Below, piece after piece: positions 1 to 13,098 of a stretch of 64,000 bases of DNA. Position numbers and translations under genes: made by a program. The notes beneath the pieces were generated by a model. That model saw only the letters and a list, made by a program, of their open reading frames with translations, was not told the origin of the DNA and ran no database searches. Location: the NCBI RefSeq assembly GCF_006345805.1, contig NC_043003.1:94364001-94428000 (forward strand), written 5' to 3'. Within the stretch, counting starts at the first letter, position 1. Each line of letters starts with the position of its first letter. The stretch is from Octopus sinensis (taxonomy: Eukaryota).

Positions 1-1146
1 CGGAATTAATAGTAACCTTTTAACAGATCTAATTCTTTCATGGTTTCTTTGTTGTTATTCCATCAATATTTCCATTATTGAGGACTCTATTTGTTGTAGT
101 AATGAATACAAATCCTTCAGTGATTTGAAATTTGGATTAAAAACGAGAGATTTTCATTCAAAGTTCAAATTATTCCGGCAATAGAAGAGACAAACAATAT
201 GCGACCGGCACAGCTTGTGAGAAATGCCTCGGGTGAAAATTTTCGTTGTGAGAGAAAAATACAAAATAGTAGCGAAGTAACAGCTGCTGACTACTTTGCA
301 AATTTTACTTGTTTCTTTTTACATTTAAATATAAACATATCAATCAGAATTTATTTTCTTAAAATTCCCCCAACAACCAAATGTTGTATTTTAGTATCCT
401 CGTGCCGTCAACAGTAGCGTGAAGTATAGTTATTTTAATTAAGCGCATTAAAAATGATAATAGCATACAAATATTTGCGATTTGTTAATGTTCCATGCAA
501 ACATAAAATTAACGAATGTTCAAAATTAACGAAAGTTTGTTATAACTGGATGTTTACTTTACTTTTATGATAAATAATTTTTTTCGTATCTTGCTAGCAG
601 TCGGTATTTGTCCATTCGTATTCATGAAGCCCGTTAGGAAAATCAACTTGCTAGCAGGTTTTAGCATGATATTAAAATATATATTGAAAATAAAATATAT
701 ATGCCGAATTAATGAGAAATCTACCCATTCACCGTCCAGATATTAGCTTTAAATTTGTAGTAATAATTATTGAAGCATTCGGATCTGTAATTAGCTGCCT
801 CAGAACGAATCTTGAGTTTCGGGGTTTCACAAAAGTTGAAAGAACACGGCTAATCAGGAAAATAAATTTAGCATGCTTGATCTGTTTGATATAGATATAC
901 AGAGATTTGCGTTCTAATGTATATGCACGCGTAAGTGAAAACAACCTGATAAACGCAAGCAATGATATTAATCTTTACACACATACACCTGTGGGTTGAT
1001 AATATGCAGATTGATACATACACATATTGAACGTATACATATATTCAATCTTTCATAAATACATATATACATTCCTACATGCATACAAGCATACATACAC
1101 ACAAATGTATACAATAATGCATACACAGGTGCATAGGCACAGACAA

Positions 1147-1218
<72 letters not shown>

Positions 1219-1550
1219 AAGAAGTAAATATATGGCACAACGAAGTACCGATATTTACTGGAAATAGCGAACGTAATAATACGACGCTAATGTATAGCTT
1301 CACCGCGTATGTACTAGCAAAAATGCGTGAGTGCAACAAACTTGAAAAAAATTGTCTTACCTCCAGGAAGAACATCTGAAAGATGAAATACCTAGAAAAG
1401 GATAATGTGGGACCGGCGTCGGTTTCAGATTTTTCAAGATATGCCTGCACACATATACTTGATCTATCTTCATCAGCCAAACATATACCACGACAACATT
1501 TCAGATGTTACCACATTAATGCCAATACACTCGACTGAAACGCCGAAACG

Positions 1551-1613
1551 TATATATATTAGTAATATATACATGCGTGTGTATTTGTGTGTGTGAGAGA
1601 GAGGGAGATCATA

Positions 1614-1662
<49 letters not shown>

Positions 1663-1671
1663 TATATATAT

Positions 1672-1716
<45 letters not shown>

Positions 1717-1811
1717 ATATGATCTCCCTCCCTTTCACTTTCTCTCCCTCTGTCTCACACACACAAACACACACGCACACACACACAGATCTTTTATTGT
1801 CATACTAACAC
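1551..1811. mobile_element. Foldback/MITE-like module, copy 1 (imperfect TIRs around a (TA)n(GT)n core)
   Basis: Left arm tgcgtgtgtatttgtgtgtgtgagagagagggagatcatacgc matches the reverse complement of the right arm (gcatatgatctccctc...ctctgtctcacacacacaaacacacacgca). Flanked by direct repeat gccgaaacg at 1542-1550 and 1812-1820. Confidence 0.6.
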
Positions 1812-2096
1812 GCCGAAACGCTAACAGAACGAGAACGGTGAAGAAGTTTCAATAAATTAGTAATGCAATATACAACTTATAAACAAGGCCAAATGAAAAT
1901 TATTTCTATGCCAATATGCTGATCACAGACTTTTAAATCTTCAATTTCCACATATTATTATATACCCACTACAGAAATGCGTTGTGCTGAAATCGAGGAA
2001 AGCTAGCCAATTTATTTATAACTTTAACCTTTAAAGGTATTTTAATATGCTGCCACTTTTTTTTATGAAATTGTTTTCTGTAAAAAAACTTTATTC

Positions 2097-2158
2097 TATA
2101 TTAGTAATATATACATGCGTGTGTATTTGTGTGTGTGAGAGAGAGGGAGATCATACGC

Positions 2159-2219
<61 letters not shown>

Positions 2220-2314
2220 TGCATATGATCTCCCTCCCTTTCCCTTCTCTCCCTCTGTCTCACACACACAAATACACACGCACACACACAGATCTTCTAT
2301 GGTCATACTAACAC
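2097..2314. mobile_element. Foldback/MITE-like module, copy 2
   Basis: Near-identical to 1551-1811 from tatattagtaatatatacatgcg to gtcatactaacac, with a shorter microsatellite core and unrelated flanks. Confidence 0.6.
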
Positions 2315-3005
2315 ATGAACTTACATAGAATACGAGTTCATATGGTCAAGGTTACATAATGCAAAAATTAATCAATTAATAAATTACTTGAGATCAGTAG
2401 GTATTTAAAATATTAATCTCCTTTGAAAATGTGGCAGTAGTTTGCAAACAGCATATGACCAAACTAGACATTTCGGTTCTGTTACACCAGTGAAAAAAAT
2501 AACTCTATAACTCCATAGGAATTACTGATACATAAACAGTTTTTCTCTCTGTGGGAAGAAATAGGATTTTATATCCCCGTAGTTTCTAACCGCATTAGAA
2601 GTAAGCATAAAACAATGCTTTTCAATCGGAAATCAGTGATGCATAGCTTACTTGACAGGTTGGGGAAATTGTCTTTTCTTCTACAGAGCTTACCACACAC
2701 TAATATATAAGGCTAAGATATCCATCTTTTCCTTTAAATGTAAGTTTTCGTGTCGGTCTTCTACATAGTGACTATTTCTCAACATTTGATATAATATATA
2801 TAGGTCCTTAAATATATATATATAGGTCCTTAAATGAGGGAAATCTGTTTAAGCAGATGTTTCAGAGAAGATAGAGGTAAAATGCATTATTTCTTCACCT
2901 CTTGAACAAGTAAAATCTATTTAAATTTCCCCAAAACAGATTCATTATTTAAGGATCATAGACCAGAAATTAGGCTGTAAATAAATAAAGTAAATTGCAT
3001 GATAT

Positions 3006-3070
<65 letters not shown>

Positions 3071-4129
3071 GACATGAGGTGTTCACATGAATTTAGATAA
3101 TTCATTCTGTTGATGTGGTACTGACTGACGTACATAAAAATATTTTTAAACAAAATGAAATTTGCCCTTTCGAGTTGGAAAGATATGAAAAAAGCCCAGT
3201 GATAAATATTAGAGGCTCTGAAAGAACAAGGGAAATAATTTCAAGATATCATGAGTGAATATCACAGAAAATTGAATTTTCGAGCTTGACAGATGAAAAC
3301 TGTCGTTGTATCTAATTTTGTTTCTTTTATTGTATTATAATGTACAGCAGTGTGTACTGTATTGCAAAGTTGCATGACAATATATTGCAGTATGGCGCCA
3401 TATAACAGCTGAATTTGAAGCCAACGATAAGGCAGTTAACACTACCATACTATGCAGAATTCTACAAAAAAAATAATTGAATTAATAAATAAAATCTAGT
3501 ATAAAACTATAGAATCTTTATTAGTAGGAAAATACGATAGTGAACAATTTAAAATCTGTTAACGACGTTTCCATCAATTACTATGACTTTCTGTAACTTT
3601 ACTCCTCAGCACTACACACCAACAGCAGTCATTAACCTTCAATGAAAGTCGCCTCATTAAGATGACAAGACTTTTGTGAGGCTCTTGAAACATTAATGGG
3701 TTTAGGAGCGTTGATCTAACCTAAAAATGTACTTTGAAATATTGATGCTCCAAACTAAACATAATAATATTGATAAAAGAAATATGAAAAATCATTAACG
3801 AAAGAATATTAAACGCTGACGTAATCGTTGTTTTCGATATATGTTTGAAATAAAAGCTGTATTGAAATGATACCAAAACAAACATGTAGGACGAAGCAGC
3901 TAAAACCGAACAAAGCGCATACGAATGCCGGAGATGACTAATGGAATATTAAATACACATTACAACGTAGGATGTAAGAAAATCACCAATAAATTCTCAA
4001 CTAAAAAATAAACACAAAAGCTTAGCCGTCTTTATGATGACAAAATATTATTGTCTACACAAGAAGATAAATTATTTAACTTCATAGTAGACACTCAGCT
4101 CTGATCAATTTCGGCACCTTAATAGAAAG

Positions 4130-4400
4130 TATGATCAAAGCAGAAAATCGAATTTGAATTACTTTACCAGTCTCTCGAGCAACTTAGTGATAAATGTAAG
4201 AGACATGACGCCGAACTGCAATATTTAATCAGGTGTGAAGGTAATTATATACAGAGATATAAACAAAAGAACCAAAATGTACTTTACAGGGAACTTAAAC
4301 TCGCTCTGCTAGATCTACATAACGATGATAATATCATATATGCAAAAACGATAACAGCAATCAGTTTGTTAATGTGAAGAAAGGCGAAAGCAATACCGTA
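4130..4400 (+). pseudogene. Decayed Penelope-like element, region N-terminal to the RT core
   Basis: Manual translation gives KQKIEFELLYQSLEQL...LIRCEG...RELKLALLDLHNDDNIIYAK, then a frameshift to DNSNQFV. This resembles the L..L..N.DI.I..ADK...V segment that precedes PLE reverse transcriptase. Confidence 0.45.
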
Positions 4401-4891
4401 ACCAAGAATATCTATTGTTACTGTATACTGGTCAAAATTAGAAAGGACCGCTCTGTTCAATCAAAAGTGAATTATAAAGAGATAATTACTACTACAAAGA
4501 AACATGTGAGTTATCCTTTTCAAATATATAGAATAAAGGCTTAGTTCAGAATACATTGTTGCGGTAAAGATTCACAAACACGCTAACAGCTCCAAAAAGA
4601 GGTGAGCAAAATGATAGCTTGCTACTAATACGTGGTAACAGCAATATCTCATTGCTATCATTTCTTTCAAAGGAAAAGATTGTGAAGGCCATTAAATGAA
4701 CATACAAAGGTTGATCTTCTACACTAAGCATAAAAGAATGTTAAAAATCTTTAATATAATTGTTAGACACGAACATAGTCGTATTTTCAATATAAAACAC
4801 ACACACACAGATACACACACACACTACGTATATGTACATACACATATGTATGCATATAGATATGTATATATAATGTTATACGTTTATATGT

Positions 4892-4924
<33 letters not shown>

Positions 4925-4952
4925 ATGATAATCCATGTTTATACGTTTATAT

Positions 4953-4990
<38 letters not shown>

Positions 4991-5012
4991 AAAGAACAAT
5001 ATATATATATAA

Positions 5013-5655
5013 AAAGAAAGAACAATTAAAAACCCTTCCCTACATCTCTACACACAACCCACTCAACAATGAGGCCTTCAACACCATACTACAAAGCACA
5101 GCCCTACTAAAGGGAGACCCAAAGATGAACCGGATCCTCGAAACACACACCATCATTAAAAGTAAACGGCAACCAAAATCCTTGAAAAGGATTTTAAGCC
5201 AAGCTACACTGCACTCAACATCAACCACAAAACCAGCAGTTAGAAAATGTGGAAGGCCCAACTGCGGAATCTGTGTCATCTTGAAAGAAGGATCAGAATT
5301 TATACTGGAACAAGGCCACTAGTTCACCATTAGAACAAACTTCACCTGCGCATCAGAAAACTTAATTTACGTCATAACATGCGCAGGCTGCAATAGGCAG
5401 TATATAGGCCATACAAAAAATAGCTTACGTAACAGGATGGTGGTGCATAAATCACAAATTAGAAACCCTGATTACCGCAAAATACCGGTCAGCGGACACA
5501 TAGATAGATGTGCTGGAAATGTAAATCCGAAATTTACAACTAACCCGCTCTATAAATTCAGTGACAACGCAACCTTCACACAACGCCAAAATAAAGAACT
5601 ATATTTCATAAAAAAATTTAGACCAAGTTTAAACACCCTGGGCCAGGAATACTAA
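5013..5655 (+). mobile_element. Penelope-like retroelement C-terminus: thumb/linker, CxxxxCxxC motif and GIY-YIG endonuclease (5'-truncated, one in-frame stop)
   Basis: LPYISTHNP...KSKRQPKSLKRIL...CGRPNCGIC, stop TAG at 5320-5322, then FTCASENLIYVITCAGCNRQYIGHTKNSLRNRMVVHKSQI...ELYFIKKFRPSLN (canonical GIY-YIG: LIY..YIG..R..H..E..LN). Confidence 0.92.
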
Positions 5656-6635
5656 AACAAAAGATAAGTCCTCCGAAAAGGAGAACCAAATTTCACCACG
5701 GCCACTACTTCAAACAGACACTCACTCTGACGGAAATATGCCTTAGTAAAAAAAAGGGAAAAAAATTCTTTCGTGCAAATCTGACCCTGATACATACGAT
5801 ACAGCTAAGGGTCAGACCCGATTCTGATTGGTCAACAAGTTGATGACGTCTAGCTCTGCTAGAATGGACAGGATACAAACAGGGGACAGTCATTAGTCAG
5901 AATATTGATGACGTCCTTTTCTGCTTGAATAATCACCTAACAAGTACAGACAGGGGGCAGATCTAATGTAGCTATAAGTCGTGATTGGGCAGAATCTGGA
6001 TGACATCCCGCTATGCTTGACTAACGAAGCGACTGGTCAAGACAGGAAACAAACAAGAGGGAGTTATAATGCAGCGATTGGTCAAAATAATGATGACGTC
6101 CCGTTCCACTTGATTAAAGCCACCTAACGAAACGATTGGTCAAAACATTGATGACGTCACGCTACGCTAGATTGACCACCTAACAGGCATTATAAAACCA
6201 AGCATTTCACAAAAAATCACTAGAACCACCCAGCGAACTTCCACCATGGGTCATCACAATTGCTTAAGGTAAAAATGAATTCCTCGCTCTTTCGGAAACA
6301 TCAATCTTCTGTATTGACCGCTTTCCACCACTTTGATCTGTTTTTTGTATTGAATACGTATCGCCACCGTGGGCCACTGCATCGAACACTTTGAACATAT
6401 ACTTCAAACTATATATCAACTATACATGAACTATATATCAACTATACATGAACTCTAAGATGTCTGACTCCGTTGTGTATTATAAATGAATTTCTTGTGT
6501 TTGACGGCATGAGCTGTCTCTTTTTATATATAACTTTTTTTGATAAGGTTCATTTCAGGAACTGAAACATGTTATAATGTATATATAAAAATAAAAAATT
6601 GTATAATACAGCAGCATTTTCGAACTTCATTTTTT

Positions 6636-6640
<5 letters not shown>
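5656..6640 (+). mobile_element. 3' non-coding/pseudo-LTR region of the Penelope-like element
   Basis: Contiguous unique sequence between the GIY-YIG stop codon and the flanking (TA)n. It contains the promoter-like repeat array, a hammerhead-like remnant near 6541-6575 and an AATAAA at about 6590. Confidence 0.65.
5824..6197 (+). promoter_or_regulatory. Five ATTGG(inverted CCAAT)-N12-TGACGTC(CRE-like) modules followed by TATAAAA
   Basis: gattgg or variant at 5826, 5891, 5983, 6076 and 6134. TGACGTC at 5844, 5909, 6001 (TGACATC), 6094 and 6152 (full TGACGTCA). The offset is 18 bp in all five. TATAAAA at 6191-6197. Confidence 0.65.
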
Positions 6641-6666
<26 letters not shown>

Positions 6667-6757
6667 ATCCATTATATGTATTTATATATATATATATATA
6701 TTATATATATATATAATCCATGTATATATATATAATATATATATATATATATCCATG

Positions 6758-6788
<31 letters not shown>

Positions 6789-6819
6789 TATATATCCATG
6801 TATATATATATATATATAT

Positions 6820-6878
<59 letters not shown>

Positions 6879-6899
6879 ATATACATATACACATACATA

Positions 6900-7195
6900 T
6901 ATAGGTGCAAGTGTGATTATGTGGTAAGAAGTTTGCTTTCCAACCACATAGTTCAGGACTCAGTTCCAGTGCGTGACACATTGGGTATCTTTTATTGTAG
7001 ACTCGGGCCAACTAACGAGTTTCGTATGTATATTTGGTACACGGAAACTGAAAGAAGCCCGTCGAATATGTGCATATATATGTGTGTGTGTGTGTGTTAT
7101 GTATGTGTAATTGTGTGTGTGTGTTTATGCGACGGCCTTATTTACTTTTACTTGTTTCAGTCATCAGCCGTTACCGTTCTTCTTGCGTACGAATA
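6900..7195 (+). mobile_element. tRNA-derived SINE fragments (octopus OK/OR-type)
   Basis: tgtggtaagaagtttgctttccaaccaca...ctcgggccaactaacgag...ggaaactgaaagaagcccgtc, followed by a reverse-oriented ttttacttgtttcagtcat tail. Confidence 0.75.
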
Positions 7196-7504
7196 ACCCC
7201 TCTACAATTAAATATGGACGAGTTATTTATATACGAATCACATGTTTGAACATGTGATCTGTCGTTTAGGGTTTCTACGGTACGTTGCATGCTATTTATT
7301 TACATCTCGATGTAAATAAACTGATTCGTATATATTGTGTTTTACTCAGCAAAAGAATACAAATTACTCATCGACACAGATTACCAAGTGCTATTCTTGC
7401 TCCGGAGTGTCCATATTTTAACAGTGATGGAGGCTAAACTTAGCGCCAGTTTACCCTATTTTTACACTTCTTGTTAGTGAAATAACAGTATGCAAGCAGC
7501 TTTC

Positions 7505-7730
7505 AATAAGGCGGCGAGATGGCAGAGTCGTTATCACACCTAACAAAACGGTTAGCGAAATTTCTTTAGGCTTTACTTTCTGAGATTAAATTTCGTCCAG
7601 GTCGACTTAGCTTTTCATCTTTCGTGGATTGATAAAAAGAAATGTGCCAGTAGAGCACTTGGGTCAATGTAATCAACTAGCTCCTTCTTCCAAAATTTCA
7701 TGTCTTGTGCCTATTGTAGAAAGAAATACA
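7505..7730 (+). mobile_element. tRNA-derived SINE (taaggcggcgagctggcaga family)
   Basis: taaggcggcgagatggcagagtcgtta...gtcgacttagcttttcatc; same family as the copies at 20120, 27135, 32918, 40780, 46318 and 59350. Confidence 0.75.
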
Positions 7731-7749
7731 AGTTTTTCGTTCATTAAAG

Positions 7750-7764
<15 letters not shown>

Positions 7765-7782
<18 letters not shown>

Positions 7783-7804
7783 ATACATACATACATACAT
7801 ACAT

Positions 7805-7837
<33 letters not shown>

Positions 7838-7854
7838 TAGACAGACAGACAGAC

Positions 7855-7947
<93 letters not shown>

Positions 7948-7948
7948 T
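7765..7948. repeat. Compound microsatellite (TA)n(TACA)n(GACA)n(GATA)n
   Basis: Seen directly. Confidence 0.98.
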
Positions 7949-9131
7949 CACTCTGTTGTGTTCATTATTTCTAGAAAAGCATATTATGATGTTAAAATGG
8001 TATCTATCTTTTTGTGACTTAGCAAAACATATATGGGTGCATTGCATGCGAGTTATTTGCTATTTAGGTTATCAACACTAAATAACAACAGACATAGCAA
8101 CGTTCAAGTAAGCAGTCCAGAATATTAATTATGAATATCTTCCTTGAGGTGTAATATAATTACTTAGGAATACACGTCTGACTGAATAAATTATGCATAG
8201 AAAATAATATTATCTGGTGTAAATTACAGCTTTGCGATTCTTCTTACATTAATTTTTATTCATATATTGGATGAGTGACTAGTTCGTTTTTATTCACCAG
8301 CTAATTCTGGTATTGACTTGCTTAGGTGATATCTTTGGCTCTAAATTCGTTTTGAAATTTAATTACACAAATAGACATGACTTACTAATTATTTCTGTTC
8401 AAATTCCTCAATTCGCAATAAACCAAGTGTTCTAATGAATTATTTCAATACTGCATTGCCGTGAACAACTTCACCGTTTTTTTTAAATAAATACCATTAA
8501 TATAGTAATTTGGCTGTTTGGTTAACACACGCAATCGTCTTTGATTCGCTCCCATTGTGCGGCACCTTAATCAAATGCCTAGCGTGTGGAACTGGAAAAC
8601 TTAACTATTAGATAAAAATTGATCAATAAAATGAGCGCTATGAAACGAATCACTGGTGCTAACAGGATTGACTTAAGCCTTTGAAGATGGTGCCTCATCA
8701 TAGACGCAGTCCAATGGCTGAAAACAACAAGAGAAAGAAAAAAGGAAGAATAATATATTCAATTCTATACTTCTCGATAAAATGTAGTCTTGTACCAAAT
8801 CGTAAGCTATCACATTTTCAGCATTTAAGAGTGGTGAGGATGGTATAGATTATATTCCTTAATTTGTTATCGGAGATTAGATTTAAATAGCCAAACAGAC
8901 GGCAAGGTTCGTTTCCTATTTTCGCCTACTCCTCCCGCCCCACCCACCCATTTCAATTTACAATAAACAACTTTAGCATGGAATAACATGACACTTCTCA
9001 TTTCCAAAGTCAACAGGCATGGGATGTTGCGCGAATTCAAACAATTCTGTTTGGCCCATCATTGAACGTAATTTAGTCCACTGCCCATCTAAATATGCTT
9101 AGTTTTACGCTCTTCTGAATACATTGGTGTG

Positions 9132-9166
<35 letters not shown>

Positions 9167-9819
9167 ATTCATTAATACATTGGTTTCTTTAATCTAAATA
9201 CCAAGTTACTGCTGTGTGTAAAAAATGTACTGTGAATTGAATTAGAACTTATACATGACTGCTACTTATTTTGAAAAATACAAATCCTAAAGAGAATAAC
9301 AAACTTTTTCTCGAATGTAAATCGAGTAATGGAACCAGCTAGGGGAAGCTGATGATCGAAGGTTGTAATGGTCGCAGACTTGTGTGTCACATAGCTAGCT
9401 AGAGGCGATGGAGCTAATCAACGGCAGCATTCGTCCTATTTCTCTGGACTGCCAAGTTAGCTTGGTGATAAATATTAATACCCAGTACTGCTGCCGTAGT
9501 CTCCTTTACAGAGATTTAGAAATAATAATATTTCTATAAATCGAGTAATCCTGGACATCAATTATCTGAATTTCATGGTGAATTGAAGTTTGTAAACTTT
9601 GTATGCATTTACAGAGAAACAGACTGAGCGAAAGATGAATGTTATTGACGTAAACGTCATGGTGGAAGCCTGTAATGAAAATTGCCAAATAGCTTGTCTG
9701 TAATAGTGCACACTAACAAATCATCCTGCTGTGTAGCAATGTATATAAATTTATATATAGGTTCGTTTTGCTTTTTTAAGTAATAAAGTAAATTATACCG
9801 TTGATAGTATATATTATCA

Positions 9820-10170
9820 GTGAGAGAATGTGTCTGTTTTACTCGTCTTCACTCGTATAACATCCATTTAATTATATACTTATGCACACACAAATGTATG
9901 CACGTACGCATATATCTTTGTAGTTATGCATTGTGCATGTATGTATACAACTATGTATGCATTTATGTGTATATCAACATATGAGAGAATGTGTGTGTGT
10001 GTGCATGTGTAAAAATCGTGGTTTATTCGTCTTCACTCTTGTAACATTGATTTAATAATATATACACCTGCACACACACACATAAATGTATGCATGGACG
10101 CATATATATCTATGTAGCTATCCATTGTGCATGTAGGTATACAACTATGTATGCATCTATGTGTATGTTG
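9820..10170 (+). repeat. Tandem duplication, two copies of about 165-185 bp
   Basis: tgagagaatgtgt...tcgtcttcactc...aaatgtatgca...cattgtgcatgta...tatacaactatgtatgcat occurs starting at about 9820 and again at about 9983. Confidence 0.85.
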
Positions 10171-10687
10171 ATGTGCATATATGTACAAGTGCGCATGCGT
10201 TATTTGTGTACGTTTGCCAGTCTATGAACTTAAGGTTGTTTATATATTCTTGTTCAATATAATCTTCCTACGAGAAAGAGAGGGAGTGAGAGAGACAAAG
10301 AGAGAAAATGAGAGAAAGAAAGAGAGAATGCAATCAATATAATTTTAAATGGTTTCTTCTTTATTCAGTTTATCATTTATTCAATTTTCAAATAAATCTA
10401 TTTTTAAACGCATCAGAAGTTAATTATCGTAATTCCTTCAGTAAAATTTGCAAAGAATTGGCATCAAAGTAGTACCGCTGAGCTTTAGTCGATCAAAAAA
10501 ATCCTATTACCTATGCAAAATACGTTTTGTTGTACACTTGCCATACTTGCAACGCTGTATATCTTGAAAAACATTTGACTTAGTTTACATGGAAAATTAA
10601 TTTTGATGCTGTATACTAACATGAAAATCGAAAATATATAAAGAGAGATACGTTACATCTAACATAGGAATTATATATTTATATGAT

Positions 10688-11000
10688 ATTTTACTTGTTC
10701 CAGTCATTAGACCGCTACATTTCTGGGGTGTGTCCTGAAAGACGTTTTAGTCGAACGTCACGAACTCAACACCTTTTGTCAATAGGTTTCTGTGCCAAAA
10801 CGCTAAGTTACAGGGACGCAAAACAACCAACACCGTTGTGTATATACGACTGGCTTCTTTCAGTTTATTTCAACTGAATCCGCTCACTAGGCTTTGTTCG
10901 GCTCGAGGCTATAGTAGAAGACACTCGCCCAATGTGCTACGCAGTGAAACTGAACCCTGAACCATGTGGCAGGGAAGTAAACTTCTTACCACAAAGCCAC
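10688..11000 (-). mobile_element. tRNA-derived SINE (OK/OR-type), reverse strand
   Basis: ttttacttgttccagtcatt...ctaagttacagggacgcaaaacaaccaacacc...cttcttaccacaaagccacgcc. Confidence 0.75.
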
Positions 11001-11087
11001 GCCAGAGCTAAATATATATATGTGTGTGTGTTTGTGTGTGTGAGTGTATATAAACCTTTTTTATCATATATATATATATATGTGTGT

Positions 11088-11126
<39 letters not shown>

Positions 11127-11512
11127 GTTTGTGTGTGTGTGTGTAAACCTTCTTTATCATATATATATATAATATATATATATAATAAATAATTATATAT
11201 ATAAATATAAATATTTTGAGAGAAAGTCAAAAAAACTTTATCTCCGCCATACTGAATTAATGTCCAAGCATTTGATTTTTATCATTAACATGATTTGTAT
11301 CTTTATTTTATGTATGTATATATATGTGTGTGTGTGGAGAGAAGATATTTTTCTCAGAGAGTTAAGATTGAGAAAACAAACTTTTTAGAACGTGCTTGAA
11401 AACGTTAAGGACTGAAAGCGCTTGCACATCTATAAGTACAAAACTAACGAATAAAGGTTTTCTTTTAATCTAGGACAGAAAGCTGTTTTATGGAGAAAAG
11501 ACCGAATTATAA

Positions 11513-13098
11513 CACTGTACAACAAATTGCAGGGTCAAGGAAAAAACATAGTTCTCATGTACATTTATTTATGAAGTTTATTGTGCTAAATTCAAATTTT
11601 ATAACAAATTTCCTATCACGTCACGTTTTCTTGTAAATTACCGTCTTAACAACTATGCAATCTCTACTTATTTGCACGATACCATAAATTTATTTTGCTC
11701 CTAAAGTCGGATTAAATATGTCCATTGTAATTAATTCATAAATATATAATGAACCGGCATGCTTGTTAGCATTATATAATGTATTAACCTACATTTTAGC
11801 ATCTACTTCTTCGTTTATAAGACGTCTCAAGTTTCACACTTCAGGTTCCAGCATAAGTCAGCCAATATAGCTGGGCTCCTTTTTCCCTAATACCTGTTTT
11901 CCACTGACTCTATATCTTGATGGAATATTTTTCCATGTTCATTACTCATATCCTGCATTCTCTGGGAAAAAGAAAGATGAGAATGAAGAAAGTGTATCTT
12001 CAGTGACAAATTGCATCTGAGATCTTGATAGCACTTGATTAGGCTCTCCACTATACTCTCTCGCTCAGCCACTTGGTGCTTTCCCAGAAGTCTTTTGCAA
12101 ACATCTTTGAATGCATGCCGGTCGCCAGCTCGGTTTCATCCAATGCCGCCTCGAAATCCCCATCAGCTGTAAGTTGACGAATTTGAGGGCCTACGAATAA
12201 GCTCTCTGTAATCTTGACATCACTTATCTTAGGTAAGAACGACTTGGGGTGCTTCATTAGGTCTAGTTTTATATGCAGTGATAGCAAAATCATTTTCTCC
12301 TTCTTAACTAGTAGCTCATGATTTACATTATGGTATCCAAGCGTCATAGTTTTCCGAGGAGGCCATTTTGAGCGTAAGTAATATTCTGATCTGGTCCTAC
12401 TTGCAAAAAAGCACGTAAACTTGGTGTATCCAGTTTGTAGCCCATTGAGTAGAGTTACAAGTTTCAAATCCGCACAAATTAGCCACTCATTCCCCTTGTA
12501 ACTTATGCGGTCTAGATTAAAAGCTAGATTCTCATATTGGAACTGAATGTATGGTGTTCCTAATGTGAAACAGAATCGCTTTTATGTTGTAAAGGAATGC
12601 ATCTATGTATAACCTCCACTCATTCGGTTCATAGGACAGCCCAATAACATTGAATATGTCTCTGACATCATTACAATAAGTCATATTCTTTTCCAAAGTG
12701 AAGAGTTGCTGCAGATCGAGCATCTTTATCCAAAAGGTTCCATTGTTGCAAATGTGAGGTTAGGGCTTCACTCTGTTACTTCGTAAGTACCACACCACGA
12801 ACTAGGTCATTGAGTTCAGGTTGAGTGATGAGGTGTGGTTTCTTGTCAAATTTACCCATATAAGTATAATATTGAGTGTAGTTTTATAATTTTCATACGT
12901 TAGGTTGAAAATACATTAGTAACATCCCGCCCATTCAATTCCTACGGAATCATCAGTGCATTTAGCGTAAGATAGTATTTTACGAAAAACTGGAGGGTCA
13001 CCGAAAGAAACAGATGTTGTATTCGAGATCTACACACAAAATAGCCCTAGATAAGGTTATTCTCATTTCCCTTGTTTTTTTTTCACTGTTATACAGTG
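11513..13098 (-). mobile_element. Chapaev3-type (CMC superfamily) DNA transposon, internally deleted with pseudogenised transposase
   Basis: TIR CACTGTACAACA (11513-11524) versus TGTTATACAGTG (13087-13098), with TAA on both flanks (11510-12 and 13099-101). Minus-strand pieces EPNEWRLYID..KAILFH, LNGLQTGYTKF.CF, LHIKL.LMK, LFVGPQIRQL, LSLKIHFLHSHL, SNEHGKIFHQDI..VENRY. Confidence 0.88.

Noticed and set aside
1362-1392. Minus-strand 31-nt micro-exon candidate (ttttctag|GTATTT...CTGGAG|gtaag)
   Set aside because: The splice signals are good, but all three frames are open, no partner exon or recognisable protein was found, and it cannot be supported.
1425-1480. Minus-strand CTGATGA...GAAA hammerhead-like spacing
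   Set aside because: Helix II is out of register with the core, and no helix I or III can be formed.
9615-9702. Possible terminal exon KQTERKMNVIDVNVMVEACNENCQIACL*
   Set aside because: Short, with no upstream exon chain and no recognisable homology.
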